The notes beneath the pieces are model-generated. The model ran no database searches, was not told the DNA's origin, and worked only from the letters and a program-made list of their open reading frames with translations. The position numbers and the translations under genes are program-made. DNA of 63,103 nt, the filler included, from Actinomycetota bacterium (lineage in GTDB: Bacteria; Actinomycetota; Actinomycetes; JAKEEW01), in NCBI GenBank assembly GCA_046725875.1. It is 4 parts of 4 records of this genome, joined end to end, with 100 filler letters (N's around TTAATTAATTAA, not from the genome) between each part and the next. Parts side by side here need not be neighbours in the genome. Positions count along the whole stretch, not along the records: positions 1 to 18,947 come from JBKOZJ010000156.1; positions 19,048 to 47,785 come from JBKOZJ010000157.1; 2 more parts are not named here. One strand, given 5' to 3'. Position 1 is the stretch's first letter. Every line of letters begins with the position of its first letter. Positions 18,676-28,646 of the stretch are shown piece after piece.

Positions 18676-18947
18676 ATGGCCTCTCGACTCAACCCCTACC
18701 TCAGCTTCGACGGGAATGCCCGCGACGCCATGGAGTTCTACCAGCAGGTTTTCGGCGGCGCCTTGACCGTGAACACCTTCGGCGAATTCGGCCAACAGGA
18801 TTCACCGGTTGCGGACAAGATCATGCATGCCAGGCTCGAGACCGACCGCGGCTTCACGCTGATGGCCGCCGATACTCCGCCCGGCACAGAGTACGACCCT
18901 GGGAACACCATCGCGGTGAGCCTGAGCGGCGATGATGCAGACGAGCT
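18676..18947 (+). CDS. VOC/PhnB family protein, truncated by contig end
   Basis: LNPYLSFDGNARDAMEFYQQVFGG...IMHARL; AAGGAGG RBS. Confidence 0.9.
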
Positions 18948-19047
18948 NNNNNNNNNNNNNNNNNNNNNNNNNNNNNNNNNNNNNNNNNNNNTTAATTAAT
19001 TAANNNNNNNNNNNNNNNNNNNNNNNNNNNNNNNNNNNNNNNNNNNN
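18948..19047. other. Artificial contig linker
   Basis: N44-TTAATTAATTAA-N44; stops in all six frames. Confidence 0.97.
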
Positions 19048-20344
19048 GGCCGAGCTGGCGATGATGGAACGCGAGGACGAGCCGACGCAGCTTCGCTACG
19101 CGCACGCACTCGCCGACTGGGGTGACGCCGGCGGCTACGCCGCCGAGGTGCTCTGGGACACCTGCACAACTTCGGCCCTCGGGGTCCCTTACGACCGGGC
19201 GCAATACCGCGAAGTCCGCACGCTTTCCGGCGGCGAGCAGAAGCGTTTGGTCCTTGCAGCCTTGCTAAGGGGGCCTGACGAGGTGCTCTTGCTCGACGAA
19301 CCGGATAACTACCTCGACGTCCCGGCCAAGCAGTGGCTGGAGCACCAGCTCCAGGAGAGCCAGAAGACGGTCCTCTTCGTCTCGCACGACCGCGAGCTAC
19401 TCAACCGGGTCGCGACGAGGATCGTGACGATCGAGGGCGGCCGGTCCTGGGTCCATGGCGGCGGTTTCGCCACCTATCACGAGGCGCGCACGCAGCGCCA
19501 CGAACGGCTGGACGAGATGCTGCGCCGCTGGGAGGAGGAGCACGAGCGGCTCAAGCAGCTCGTCCGCACTCTGCAGCAGCAGGCGGCGATCTCGCCGGAC
19601 ATGGCGTCGAAATACCGCGCCATGTGCACAAGACTGGAGAAGTTCGAGGAGAAGGGACCGCCCGAGGCGCCGCCGCCGAAGCAGAAGGTTCGGATGCGGC
19701 TCACCGGCGGACGCACCGGGGTTCGTGCGATCACGTGTGTGGGCCTCGAGCTGAGCGGGCTCATGCAACCGTTCGATCTTGAAGTGTTCTATGGCGAGCG
19801 GGTGGCGGTGCTCGGTTCCAATGGCTCCGGCAAGTCCCATTTTCTGAGGCTGCTGGGCGGCGCTTTCGTTCCGTACACCGGCTCATGGAAGCTGGGCGCG
19901 CGCGTCGTACCAGGTCACTTCGCCCAGACGCACGATCATCTGGAGATCGTCGGCCGCACCCTCGCCGACTTCCTGTGGACCGACCACGCGCACCAGCGCG
20001 GTCCGGCAATCTCCGCCCTGCGCCGCTACGAGCTGGACAAGCAGGCCGACCAGACTTTCGACTCGCTCTCCGGCGGGCAGCAGGCGCGCTTCCAAATCCT
20101 TCGACTGGAGCTGTCTGGCGTCACGCTCCTGCTGCTCGACGAGCCGACCGACAACCTCGACCTCGCCTCGGCCGAGGCGCTGGAAGAGGGTCTCGCGCAG
20201 TATCAGGGAACTGTTGTAGCCGTGACCCACGACCGCTGGTTCGCCCGATCGTTCGACCGCTACTTGATCTTCGGGGGTGATGGCACCGTTTATGAGTCAC
20301 CTGCGCCGGTTTGGGACGAGGGCCGGGTCGACCGCGTCCGCTGA
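19048..20344 (+). CDS. ABC-F family ATP-binding protein, 5'-truncated
   Basis: Two NBDs (LSGGEQKR..LLLDEPDN; GSNGSGKS, LSGGQQAR..LLLDEPTD), helical linker, no TM segments. Confidence 0.9.
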
Positions 20345-20357
20345 TCAATGGATCCTC

Positions 20358-21950
20358 CTACGCGACCGACTCCGCCCAGGCGGCCAGGAGCCGCTGCTCC
20401 GACACCTTGAAGTACTTCCGCATGGCGGTGCCGGCATCAGGCACCTTCATGGCGTTCAGATAGAAGTAGAAGTCGCGGGTCTTCGCGGTGCCAAAGCGGT
20501 CGACCAGGTACTCAAAGAACTGCTCGGCAAGGGCGTAATTCAGCTCGGCGTTCTTCCCGTAGAAGCTCCGGTCGGTCGGTAGCTTTCCGCTGAAGCTGCT
20601 CCGCTGGGCGGCCTTGCGGGCGACGCTCGCCCAGTTGGCGATGTAGCCTCGCGACTCGAGCATCTGGACCCCAACCCACTCCGCGTATCCTTCGTCGGCC
20701 CAGATGTACTTGGCGCCTTTGGCGCGCTTGGCCGGCTGCGCGACCGCATGGGTCAGCTCGTGGGCGAGCGTCCACTCGAACTCGACGCGCTGGCGATGCT
20801 TGCTCGTGTCGAGCGCGATCCGGGTGGTGGTGACGTCGCCCAGGAGGATGCGCGAACGAGCGCAACAGCTCGGGACCGCCAGGGTCTTCGCCACGGCCCG
20901 ATCCTCGCCGATCTCGTCGTCCGGCCCGTACCACCTCCGGAACGTCGTCGGCTTGGCGGTCGCGAAGATTACGAACTCGCTCGGATGCCCCTTCCTCCAG
21001 TACTGGGTCGACCGCGAGTAGGCCGCCTCTGCCGCATCTGCGACCTGCCGAGCCTTCCCGGCAGCGTCGGGCGTCGCCGCGACCAGCATGTGTTCGGTCT
21101 GAGTAAGGGTCAGTGCGGCATCGTCCCAAGGTGCGGGCGCGTAACTCCCGGGATCCAGGCGGGGTGAGATGTCTGTAATGATCAGCTTGCTGTCTTCCAC
21201 GGCGAGCTGCCACGCATACGTCGCCTCGCTGGCCCGCTTGTCGATGTTCCTTAGCTGGACCCGTTCCGTCACGTACGCGTATCCGAGGCCCCACTCGCCG
21301 GCTAGATCCTTCTCGTCCTTCGGCACCGGCATGCTGGTTCGGGCGAGCTCGAAGTCGTGCTTGACCACGGGCAGCATGGTGAGGTTCTTGTAGGTCACCT
21401 TCTGCCCGCTAGCCAGGTCCTTGTCGGCGGGGTCCAGCCCGGCGAGGAACGCGTTCGGGTCCTTGTTGTCGATGCCTGAGTCGCGCCGGGCCAACAGCGC
21501 ATCGAGCTGCCGGTTCAGATCCTTGACGGTCTTTTCGTACGCAGAGTCCTGCGATGTGCCTCGAGATGACCCGGCTGCCGGGCTCTTGTCTTCCGAGCTA
21601 CCGACGAGAACGTAGATGCCAGAGCCGGCCGCGAGGGCCAATGCGGCGGTGCCCGCCACGATCACGGGCAGCCGGCGCCGGCGCTGGCGCCGGCGGCGTG
21701 CGATGACCGGGGCCGGCTGTACCGTCGCCGTCGTTTCGGACGCGCCGGCGGCGTACCAGGTCTCGTCCGTTTGAGGATCTCGAGCCGGTGACCGCACATC
21801 GCCCGGAGGTTCGTCCCGTGGGCGGAACCGTGGGATCTCGCCCGGTTGCGAGTCTTGATGCGGTGGCGGGGGGACCCATCCTGGCCGGCGACTGGATGGC
21901 TCCTCCGGGACGGTCCAATGAGGGTCGCGTTCGTCCACGATCTCTCCCAT
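20358..21950 (-). CDS. Membrane-anchored extracellular gluzincin-like metallopeptidase (hypothetical)
   Basis: Pro-rich N-terminus, Arg cluster + single TM, LAHELTH (HExxH) and downstream WADEGYAEW. Start uncertain (21950 or GTG 21938). Confidence 0.7.
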   Translation of the reverse strand: MGEIVDERDPHWTVPEEPSSRRPGWVPPPPHQDSQPGEIPRFRPRDEPPGDVRSPARDPQTDETWYAAGASETTATVQPAPVIARRRRQRRRRLPVIVAGTAALALAAGSGIYVLVGSSEDKSPAAGSSRGTSQDSAYEKTVKDLNRQLDALLARRDSGIDNKDPNAFLAGLDPADKDLASGQKVTYKNLTMLPVVKHDFELARTSMPVPKDEKDLAGEWGLGYAYVTERVQLRNIDKRASEATYAWQLAVEDSKLIITDISPRLDPGSYAPAPWDDAALTLTQTEHMLVAATPDAAGKARQVADAAEAAYSRSTQYWRKGHPSEFVIFATAKPTTFRRWYGPDDEIGEDRAVAKTLAVPSCCARSRILLGDVTTTRIALDTSKHRQRVEFEWTLAHELTHAVAQPAKRAKGAKYIWADEGYAEWVGVQMLESRGYIANWASVARKAAQRSSFSGKLPTDRSFYGKNAELNYALAEQFFEYLVDRFGTAKTRDFYFYLNAMKVPDAGTAMRKYFKVSEQRLLAAWAESVA

Positions 21951-22120
21951 CGGCGACGTGTACCAGCGCTGCGGCTTGGATACGCTCCGACGGCACACGA
22001 GGCTGTGAAGATATTGCGTCCCCGCATCGCAAAGCAATACACATGCCACATGTCGTAGAGGTGAAGTTTCTACATCGGTGTGGGCTCGTTCCGAGCGGGG
22101 CTGACCGGCGGTTTGCCGCT

Positions 22121-22149
22121 TTGACCGGGGGGTGATCGCCGGGTATTCT
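22121..22149 (+). promoter_or_regulatory. Housekeeping sigma promoter of rplM-rpsI
   Basis: TTGACC-N17-TATTCT. Confidence 0.7.
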
Positions 22150-22296
22150 GCGAGGTCGTTGCGCGTGTCGGCGCGGCTCGTGAGGCGTGCCCGAAGTCAC
22201 GCGAGGAGCCGAGCCGGTCGATCACGACAAGCCGTGACCGCGCCGCAGACTGCGCCACTACCTGGAAGCTTCACCCAACGATCAAAGGCTACGAAC

Positions 22297-22740
22297 GTGC
22301 GCACGTACAGCCCCAAGACCGCCGATGTCGAGCGTCGGTGGCACGTCATCGACGCGACCGACGTCGTCCTGGGCCGGCTCGCGTCCCAGGCAGCGGCCCT
22401 GTTGCGCGGCAAGCACAAGCCGATCTACGCGCCACACGTCGACACCGGTGACTTCGTCGTCGTCGTCAACGCCGACAAGATTGCCCTGACCGGCAACAAG
22501 CGGGAGCAGAAGATCTCTTACCGCCACTCCGGCTACCCTGGCGGGTTGCGGGAGGTGCGCTACGCGGATCTGCTCGCCAAAGACCCGCGCAAGGCGGTCG
22601 AGAAGGCCGTGCAGGGCATGCTGCCGCACAACACTCTCGGCCGACAGATGATCAAGAAGCTCAAGGTGTATTCCGGCCCCGACCACCCGCACCAGGCCCA
22701 AAAGCCGGTGCAATACGAGATCACCCAGGTCGCCCAGTAG
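22297..22740 (+). CDS. rplM: 50S ribosomal protein L13
   Basis: VRTYSPK...[28 protein letters not shown]...HSGYPGGL. Confidence 0.98.
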   Translation: MRTYSPKTADVERRWHVIDATDVVLGRLASQAAALLRGKHKPIYAPHVDTGDFVVVVNADKIALTGNKREQKISYRHSGYPGGLREVRYADLLAKDPRKAVEKAVQGMLPHNTLGRQMIKKLKVYSGPDHPHQAQKPVQYEITQVAQ

Positions 22741-22777
22741 GCCGCGGCCTGCGATAGACCGCAAGTGAAAGGAAACC

Positions 22778-23263
22778 GTGGCAGTGACTGAGGCCACCGT
22801 CGAGATTGTGGACGACGCCGAAGAGGCGGCGCCGGCCCCGGTAGAGGCACCGCCGCCGACGCCGCTCTCCGCGATCGTCCCCGCCGGCGCGATAGGCCGC
22901 CGCAAGGAGGCGATCGCCCGCGTTCGCATCGTCCCGGGCACCGGCCGCTGGACGATCAACGGCCGCGGCCTCGAGGACTATTTCCCGAACCGGGTGCACC
23001 AGCAGATGGTCAACGAACCGCTGCGCACCCTCGGGCTCGAGGGCCGCTTCGACCTGATCGCGCGGATCCAGGGCGGCGGTGTATCCGGCCAGGCCGGCGC
23101 GTTGCGTCTCGGCATCGCCCGGGCGCTCAACGAGGCGGACCTCGATGCGAACCGAGCACCGCTGAAGCGCGCCGGCTTCCTGACCCGGGACGCCCGCGTC
23201 AAGGAGCGGAAGAAGGCCGGGCTGAAAAAGGCACGAAAGGCGCCGCAATACAGCAAGCGATAA
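22778..23263 (+). CDS. rpsI: 30S ribosomal protein S9
   Basis: [10 protein letters not shown]...[12 protein letters not shown]...[20 protein letters not shown]. Confidence 0.98.
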   Translation: MAVTEATVEIVDDAEEAAPAPVEAPPPTPLSAIVPAGAIGRRKEAIARVRIVPGTGRWTINGRGLEDYFPNRVHQQMVNEPLRTLGLEGRFDLIARIQGGGVSGQAGALRLGIARALNEADLDANRAPLKRAGFLTRDARVKERKKAGLKKARKAPQYSKR

Positions 23264-23287
23264 GGCGCCCACGCAACGCAGCGGACC

Positions 23288-23325
23288 TACCCCGGAGACT
23301 TCTCTAGTCTCCGGGGTATGTCTTT
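23288..23325 (+). terminator. Intrinsic terminator after rpsI
   Basis: 13-bp stem TACCCCGGAGACT/AGTCTCCGGGGTA followed by TGTCTTT. Confidence 0.8.
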
Positions 23326-23433
23326 CCCCGATCAGCAGAGGTGGCCAAGCGGTTCCAGCCGACGTGCCCGAGTACCGGCTGGGATAGTCTCCCGCGGGTT
23401 GTCGAAAACGGGGAGCTAGGACGGAGTTACGGA

Positions 23434-24780
23434 TTGGGACGCCTGTTCGGAACCGATGGCGTTCGCGGTGTCGCCAACCGCGACTTGACGGCCGAGCTTG
23501 CCCTCGACCTGTCCGTTGCAGCCGCACACGTGCTTGGCGATGTGGGCGCATTTGAGGGACCGAAGCCAACGGCCGTGGTGGGTCACGACCCGCGTGCCTC
23601 CGGTGAGTTCCTCGAAGCGGCGGTCGTCGCCGGCCTCGCCAGCGCCGGAGTGGACGTGCTGCGGATCGGTGTCGTGCCTACACCAGGTATCGCCTACCTC
23701 ACGGACTCGCGCGGGGCGGACCTTGGGGTGATGCTGTCGGCCTCGCATAACCCGATGCCGGACAACGGGATCAAGTTCTTCGCCCGAGGCGGTCACAAGC
23801 TGCCGGACGAGATCGAGGACTCGATCGAGCGGCGAATCGGCGAGGAGTGGCAGCGGCCGGTCGGCGCCGCGGTCGGCCGGGTCCGCACGGACCACAGTGC
23901 GGTCGAGGCATATCTCACCCACCTGCTCGAGTCCCTTCCACATCGGCTCGACGGCCTGCGGGTCGTCGTCGACTGTGCTAACGGCGCCGCTTCCGAGGTT
24001 GCGCCGGAAGCTCTGCGGCGGGCTGGTGCAGATCTGATCTGCATTGGATCAGAGCCCGACGGCCTCAACATCAACGACGGCTTCGGCTCGACCCACATCG
24101 AGCGGCTGCAACAGGCTGTGGTCTCGTACAAAGCCGACGTCGGCGTCGCCCACGACGGGGACGCGGACCGCTGCGTCGCCGTGGACGCGGCCGGGAACGT
24201 CGTGGACGGCGACCATATCCTCACCATCCTGGCGCTCACCATGCGCGAGGCCGGCGTCCTGGCCGGGGATACTGTGGTGGCAACGGTCATGTCCAATCTC
24301 GGCTTCCGGCTTGCCATGGAGCGGGAGGGGGTGCGGGTGGTCGAGACGGCGGTCGGCGACCGCTACGTGCTCGAGGCGATGAAGGCGGGCGGCTTCTCAC
24401 TTGGCGGGGAACAATCCGGCCACATGATCTTGCTCGACCATGCGACGACCGGGGACGGTGTCTTGACCGCCCTGCACCTGCTCGGCCGTACCGCCGCAAC
24501 CGGAAAGCAGCTCGGCGAGCTGGCCGCCGCGATGACCAAGCTGCCGCAGGTGCTGGTCAACGTCCGCGACGTCGACAAGGGTCGGGTTGGCTCGTCCCCG
24601 GAGCTTGCGGAGGCGATCGCCGCAGCCGAGGCCGAGCTCGGCGGATTCGGCCGCGTCCTGCTGCGACCGTCGGGCACCGAGCCGGTCGTTCGGGTGATGG
24701 TCGAGGCCCCCACCCGTGAGCGGGCCGCCGCCGTCGCAAACCGCCTCGCCGCCGACGTTCGCAACGCCCTCCCCCGGTAG
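23434..24780 (+). CDS. glmM: Phosphoglucosamine mutase
   Basis: [38 protein letters not shown] start after GGAG. Confidence 0.97.
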   Translation: MGRLFGTDGVRGVANRDLTAELALDLSVAAAHVLGDVGAFEGPKPTAVVGHDPRASGEFLEAAVVAGLASAGVDVLRIGVVPTPGIAYLTDSRGADLGVMLSASHNPMPDNGIKFFARGGHKLPDEIEDSIERRIGEEWQRPVGAAVGRVRTDHSAVEAYLTHLLESLPHRLDGLRVVVDCANGAASEVAPEALRRAGADLICIGSEPDGLNINDGFGSTHIERLQQAVVSYKADVGVAHDGDADRCVAVDAAGNVVDGDHILTILALTMREAGVLAGDTVVATVMSNLGFRLAMEREGVRVVETAVGDRYVLEAMKAGGFSLGGEQSGHMILLDHATTGDGVLTALHLLGRTAATGKQLGELAAAMTKLPQVLVNVRDVDKGRVGSSPELAEAIAAAEAELGGFGRVLLRPSGTEPVVRVMVEAPTRERAAAVANRLAADVRNALPR

Positions 24781-24805
24781 CGACGCGGGCCAGACGCGTC
24801 GACGA

Positions 24806-25765
24806 TCAGAGTTTGCGGAGGCGAAGGCGGGTGACGGAGTGGTCGGCGGCCTTCCGGATGACCAACGTCGCTCGGGCCCGGGTAGGTGCGATGTTCTCGA
24901 CGAGGTTGGGACCGTTGGTCTCCCGCCAGATCCGCTCGGCGGTCTCGACCGCCTCAGCGTCCGATAGCGCGGCGTAGCGATGGAAGTAAGAACGCGGATC
25001 TGCGAAGGCAGTGCCACGGAGGGCGAGGAACCGGTCGACGTACCACTGCCGGATGTCCTCCGCGGCCGCGTCCACGTACACCGAGAAGTCGAAGAAGTCC
25101 GACACGGCGAGGCGAGGCCGCCCGTCCCGGCGGGGCCGGGGCGGCTGCAGGACGTTCAGACCCTCCATGATCAGAATGTCCGGCCGTCGCACCTGTTGCC
25201 ATTCGCCCGGCACGATGTCGTAAAGCAGATGTGAGTACACCGGCGCTGCCACGGAATCTATGCCGGCCTTGACCATCGTGATGAACCGCAGCAAGGCGCG
25301 TTGGTCGTACGACTCTGGGAAGCCCTTCCGAGGCAGGATGCCTCGGCGTTCCAGCTCAGCCAGCGGCAACAGGAAGCCGTCGGTGGTGACCAACTCGACC
25401 TTCGGATGGTCCGGCCAGCGCGCAAGCAGCACCCGCAGGATTCGCGCCGTCGTCGACTTGCCCACCGCGACCGAGCCGGCGAGGCCGATGATGAACGGCA
25501 CCGGAGCGGCCGGCTCACCGAGAAACGTGGCCGTTGCCCGATGCAGTTGGCGCATGGCGGCGACGGAGAGGTTGAGCAATCTGGATACCGGCAGGTAGAC
25601 ATCGGTCACCTCGGCGAGGTCGACGGGCTCGCCCAGGCCGCGCAGCCGGTCCAGCTCGGCGGCGGTCAGTGGCAGCGGTGTCGACTCGCGCAGCTTCGCC
25701 CAGTCATCGCGGGAGAACTCAGCCCACGGCGAGCGCGCTTGGCCACTGTCGCGGGGGGTAGGCAC
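24806..25765 (-). CDS. coaA: Type I pantothenate kinase
   Basis: [41 protein letters not shown]; start approximate. Confidence 0.95.
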   Translation of the reverse strand: MPTPRDSGQARSPWAEFSRDDWAKLRESTPLPLTAAELDRLRGLGEPVDLAEVTDVYLPVSRLLNLSVAAMRQLHRATATFLGEPAAPVPFIIGLAGSVAVGKSTTARILRVLLARWPDHPKVELVTTDGFLLPLAELERRGILPRKGFPESYDQRALLRFITMVKAGIDSVAAPVYSHLLYDIVPGEWQQVRRPDILIMEGLNVLQPPRPRRDGRPRLAVSDFFDFSVYVDAAAEDIRQWYVDRFLALRGTAFADPRSYFHRYAALSDAEAVETAERIWRETNGPNLVENIAPTRARATLVIRKAADHSVTRLRLRKL

Positions 25766-25923
25766 CCGACGATTCTGCTGGAAGCCACCGAGCAGCCGGG
25801 CATGCTGCCCGAACCGCACCGGGGGGAGCCGCGCTCCGGGGAGACCCGGCCAATGACCGGAAGGCTGTCAGCCCGGCCGGTCGGTGGACCGGCCAATCCG
25901 ATCGACCCCTACTCTTGGCAGCC

Positions 25924-27870
25924 ATGTGTGGAATCGTTGGGTACGTCGGCGAGAAGTCGGCGCTGGACATCGTCATCGACGGCCTGCGGCGGCTCGAGTA
26001 CCGCGGCTACGACTCCGCCGGTGTCGCCGTGCTCGCAGACGGTGCACTCGCCACCCAGAAGCGGGCGGGCAAGCTCAGCAACCTCGTGGACGCGCTCGGC
26101 GCGGACGGCTACTGGTCCGCCAACGGCAAGGCCGACGCCGAGGCCGAGCCAGCAGCCTCGGCCACGAGATCCGCGGTCGCGGCCGCCGGCGCGCCGAGTG
26201 GTTCCCTTGCCGGTAGCACGACTGGCATGGGGCACACGCGGTGGGCGACGCACGGCGCTCCGACGGACCGAAACGCGCATCCCCACACCGACTGCACCGG
26301 CCGCGTCGCGATCATCCACAACGGCATCATCGAAAACTTCGCCGCGCTCCGGGCCGAGCTGACTAAGGCCGGGCACCAGCTGCGCTCGGACACTGACACC
26401 GAGGTGGTCGCGCACCTGTTGGAGGACGGCTTCCCGGCGACCGGCGGCGATCTGGCCGAGGCGATGCGACAGGTCTGCCGTCGTCTTTCCGGTGCGTTCA
26501 CACTGGTTGCTGTACACGCGGACGCCCCCGACGTTGTAGTAGGCGCACGCCGGAACTCGCCACTCGTGGTGGGTCGCGGCGACGGCGAGAATTTCCTCGC
26601 CTCCGACGTTGCCGCCTTCATCGCGCACACGCGGCAGGCGATCGAGCTTGGCCAGGACCAGGTCGTCGAGCTGCGCCCGCACGGCGTGACGATCACCAAC
26701 TTCGACGGAACCCCGGCGGGGGTCAACGAGTACCACATCGACTGGGACGCCTCCGCCGCCGAGAAGGGCGGCTACGACTACTTCATGTTGAAGGAGATCG
26801 CCGAGCAGCCGCGGGCGGTCGCCGACACTCTGCTGGGCCGGATCGGCGCCGGTCACCTCCTCGCCCTCGACGAGATGCGGCTGACCGCCGAGGAGCTCCG
26901 CGAGGTCGACAAGATCATCATTGTGGCCTGCGGCACCGCCTACCACGCGGGTTTGATCGCGAAGTACGCGATCGAGCACTGGACCCGGATCCCGTGTGAG
27001 GTCGAGCTGGCGTCCGAGTTCCGCTATCGGGACCCGATCGTGGATCGGCAGACGCTGGTCATGGCGATCTCCCAGTCGGGGGAGACCATGGACACCCTGA
27101 TGGCGGTCCGACATGCGCGCGAGCAGGGTGCCCGGGTGCTGGCGATCTGCAACGTCAACGGCTCTACGATCCCGCGCGAGTCCGACGCGGTGCTCTACAC
27201 GCACGCCGGACCGGAGGTCGGTGTCGCCGCCACCAAGACCTTCCTCACCCAGCTTGTCGCCTGCTATCTCGTCGCGCTCTACCTCGGCCAGGTTCGCGGG
27301 ACGAAGTACGGCGACGAGGTCGACGACATCATCCATCAGCTCAGCGCCATGCCGGACAAGGTCGAGAAGGTTCTGGAGACCGTGGAACCGGTGCGCGAAG
27401 TGGCCCGGTCGCTCGCGGACGAACGCTGCGTGCTCTTCCTCGGCCGACACGTCGGCTACCCCGTCGCGCTCGAGGGCGCGCTCAAGCTCAAGGAGCTTGC
27501 CTACATGCACGCCGAGGGGTTCGCCGCGGGTGAGCTCAAGCACGGGCCGCTCGCTTTGATCGAGGACGGCCTACCGGTCGTGGTCGTCGTGCCGTCACCG
27601 GCCGGTCGCGGTGTGCTCCACGACAAGATCGTGTCGAACATTCAAGAGATCCGGGCCCGCGGCGCCAAGACCGTGGTTATCGCGGAGGAGGGCGACGACG
27701 CAGTCGTGCCGTACTCCGATGTCCTGGTCCGGATCCCCCGTACGCCGACGCTGCTCCAGCCGTTGGTGGCGGCGGTGCCTCTGCAGGTTTTCGCCTGCGA
27801 ACTGGCCACGGCGAAGGGCCACGACATCGACCAGCCGCGCAACCTCGCCAAGTCGGTCACGGTCGAGTGA
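25924..27870 (+). CDS. glmS: Glutamine--fructose-6-phosphate transaminase
   Basis: MCGIVGY, RLEYRGYDSAG, GHTRWATHG, SQSGET, C-terminal PRNLAKSVTVE. Confidence 0.98.
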   Translation: MCGIVGYVGEKSALDIVIDGLRRLEYRGYDSAGVAVLADGALATQKRAGKLSNLVDALGADGYWSANGKADAEAEPAASATRSAVAAAGAPSGSLAGSTTGMGHTRWATHGAPTDRNAHPHTDCTGRVAIIHNGIIENFAALRAELTKAGHQLRSDTDTEVVAHLLEDGFPATGGDLAEAMRQVCRRLSGAFTLVAVHADAPDVVVGARRNSPLVVGRGDGENFLASDVAAFIAHTRQAIELGQDQVVELRPHGVTITNFDGTPAGVNEYHIDWDASAAEKGGYDYFMLKEIAEQPRAVADTLLGRIGAGHLLALDEMRLTAEELREVDKIIIVACGTAYHAGLIAKYAIEHWTRIPCEVELASEFRYRDPIVDRQTLVMAISQSGETMDTLMAVRHAREQGARVLAICNVNGSTIPRESDAVLYTHAGPEVGVAATKTFLTQLVACYLVALYLGQVRGTKYGDEVDDIIHQLSAMPDKVEKVLETVEPVREVARSLADERCVLFLGRHVGYPVALEGALKLKELAYMHAEGFAAGELKHGPLALIEDGLPVVVVVPSPAGRGVLHDKIVSNIQEIRARGAKTVVIAEEGDDAVVPYSDVLVRIPRTPTLLQPLVAAVPLQVFACELATAKGHDIDQPRNLAKSVTVE

Positions 27871-27896
27871 GTCGGTCACCGAGCGGCGAGTTGGGA

Positions 27897-27979
27897 CAGG
27901 AATTCGGACAAGATGGCTCGCGCATGCCACGCAAAGGGTACGAGCGATAGAAATCCGGCCCGGCTTGTCGGAATTCCTG
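27897..27979. repeat. Intergenic long inverted repeat
   Basis: CAGGAATTCGGACAAG / CTTGTCGGAATTCCTG (15/16 paired), 51-nt interior. Confidence 0.65.
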
Positions 27980-28040
27980 CAGGCCAAGCAGAGGCGCGCG
28001 GACTGGCCTGCGAGCTGGGGGGATGTGTCAGTCTGGGAAC

Positions 28041-28391
28041 GTGATCGTTGGTGTCGGCATTGACGTCGTGGACGTAGCCAGGTTCGCGGAGTCGCTGGAA
28101 CGCACCGCAGGTCTGGCCGACCGGCTGTTCACGCCGGACGAGCGGCGACTCGGTATCTCCTCGCTCGCCGCACGGTTCGCGGCGAAGGAGGCCGCCGCCA
28201 AGGCGCTGGGCGCCCCGAGCGGACTGAACTGGCACGACGCGGAGGTCATCACCGCCGACTCGGGCGAGCCCTCGCTCATGATCAAGGGCTCGGTGGCGGA
28301 GCGGGCCGCCCTGCTCGGCGTGAAGACGTGGCACGTATCGCTGAGCCATGATGCGGGCATTGCCAGCGCCGTCGTCATCGCCGAGGCCTGA
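28041..28391 (+). CDS. acpS: Holo-ACP synthase
   Basis: [26 protein letters not shown]. Confidence 0.96.
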   Translation: MIVGVGIDVVDVARFAESLERTAGLADRLFTPDERRLGISSLAARFAAKEAAAKALGAPSGLNWHDAEVITADSGEPSLMIKGSVAERAALLGVKTWHVSLSHDAGIASAVVIAEA

Positions 28392-28444
28392 CCGCCAAGA
28401 CAGCATGCCGTGACTGGCAGCCGAGCAGCGACCACCCGATTCGG

Positions 28445-28524
28445 ATGAATGTGCCGTTGAGTCGATAGGTTCGCGTCATCGGCACATTCATTGCTGCGGG
28501 GATCGAGTCAACGTCACATTCATT
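28445..28524. repeat. Palindromic REP-like repeat (ATGAATGTGCC family)
   Basis: ATGAATGTGCCG...CGGCACATTCAT (28445-28491) plus a partial arm near 28510-28524; 42/47 identical to 41649-41695. Confidence 0.8.
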
Positions 28525-28646
28525 CGAAAGACGCGAGGACACAAGCGATCCGGAGATAGGCGGTACAGGGCTGAAGTATCGAGGCTGGCAGACATGCGCC
28601 GAGGGTACGCAAGCAATGCCCAGATCGGCGGGATGGAGCTGACGCA

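Noticed and set aside
18948..19047. AT-only palindrome TTAATTAATTAA within N runs (also 47830-47841 and 54771-54782)
   Set aside because: Identical 100-nt artificial linkers with six-frame stops; not biological, and neighbourhoods across them cannot be trusted.
19048..20344. ABC-F as an antibiotic-resistance (ARE) gene
   Set aside because: Its position upstream of rplM matches a housekeeping actinobacterial ABC-F; there is no evidence for the ARE subfamily.
27841..28040. Tn7 insertion at the glmS attachment site
   Set aside because: acpS follows after 170 bp; no tns genes or TGT...ACA ends.
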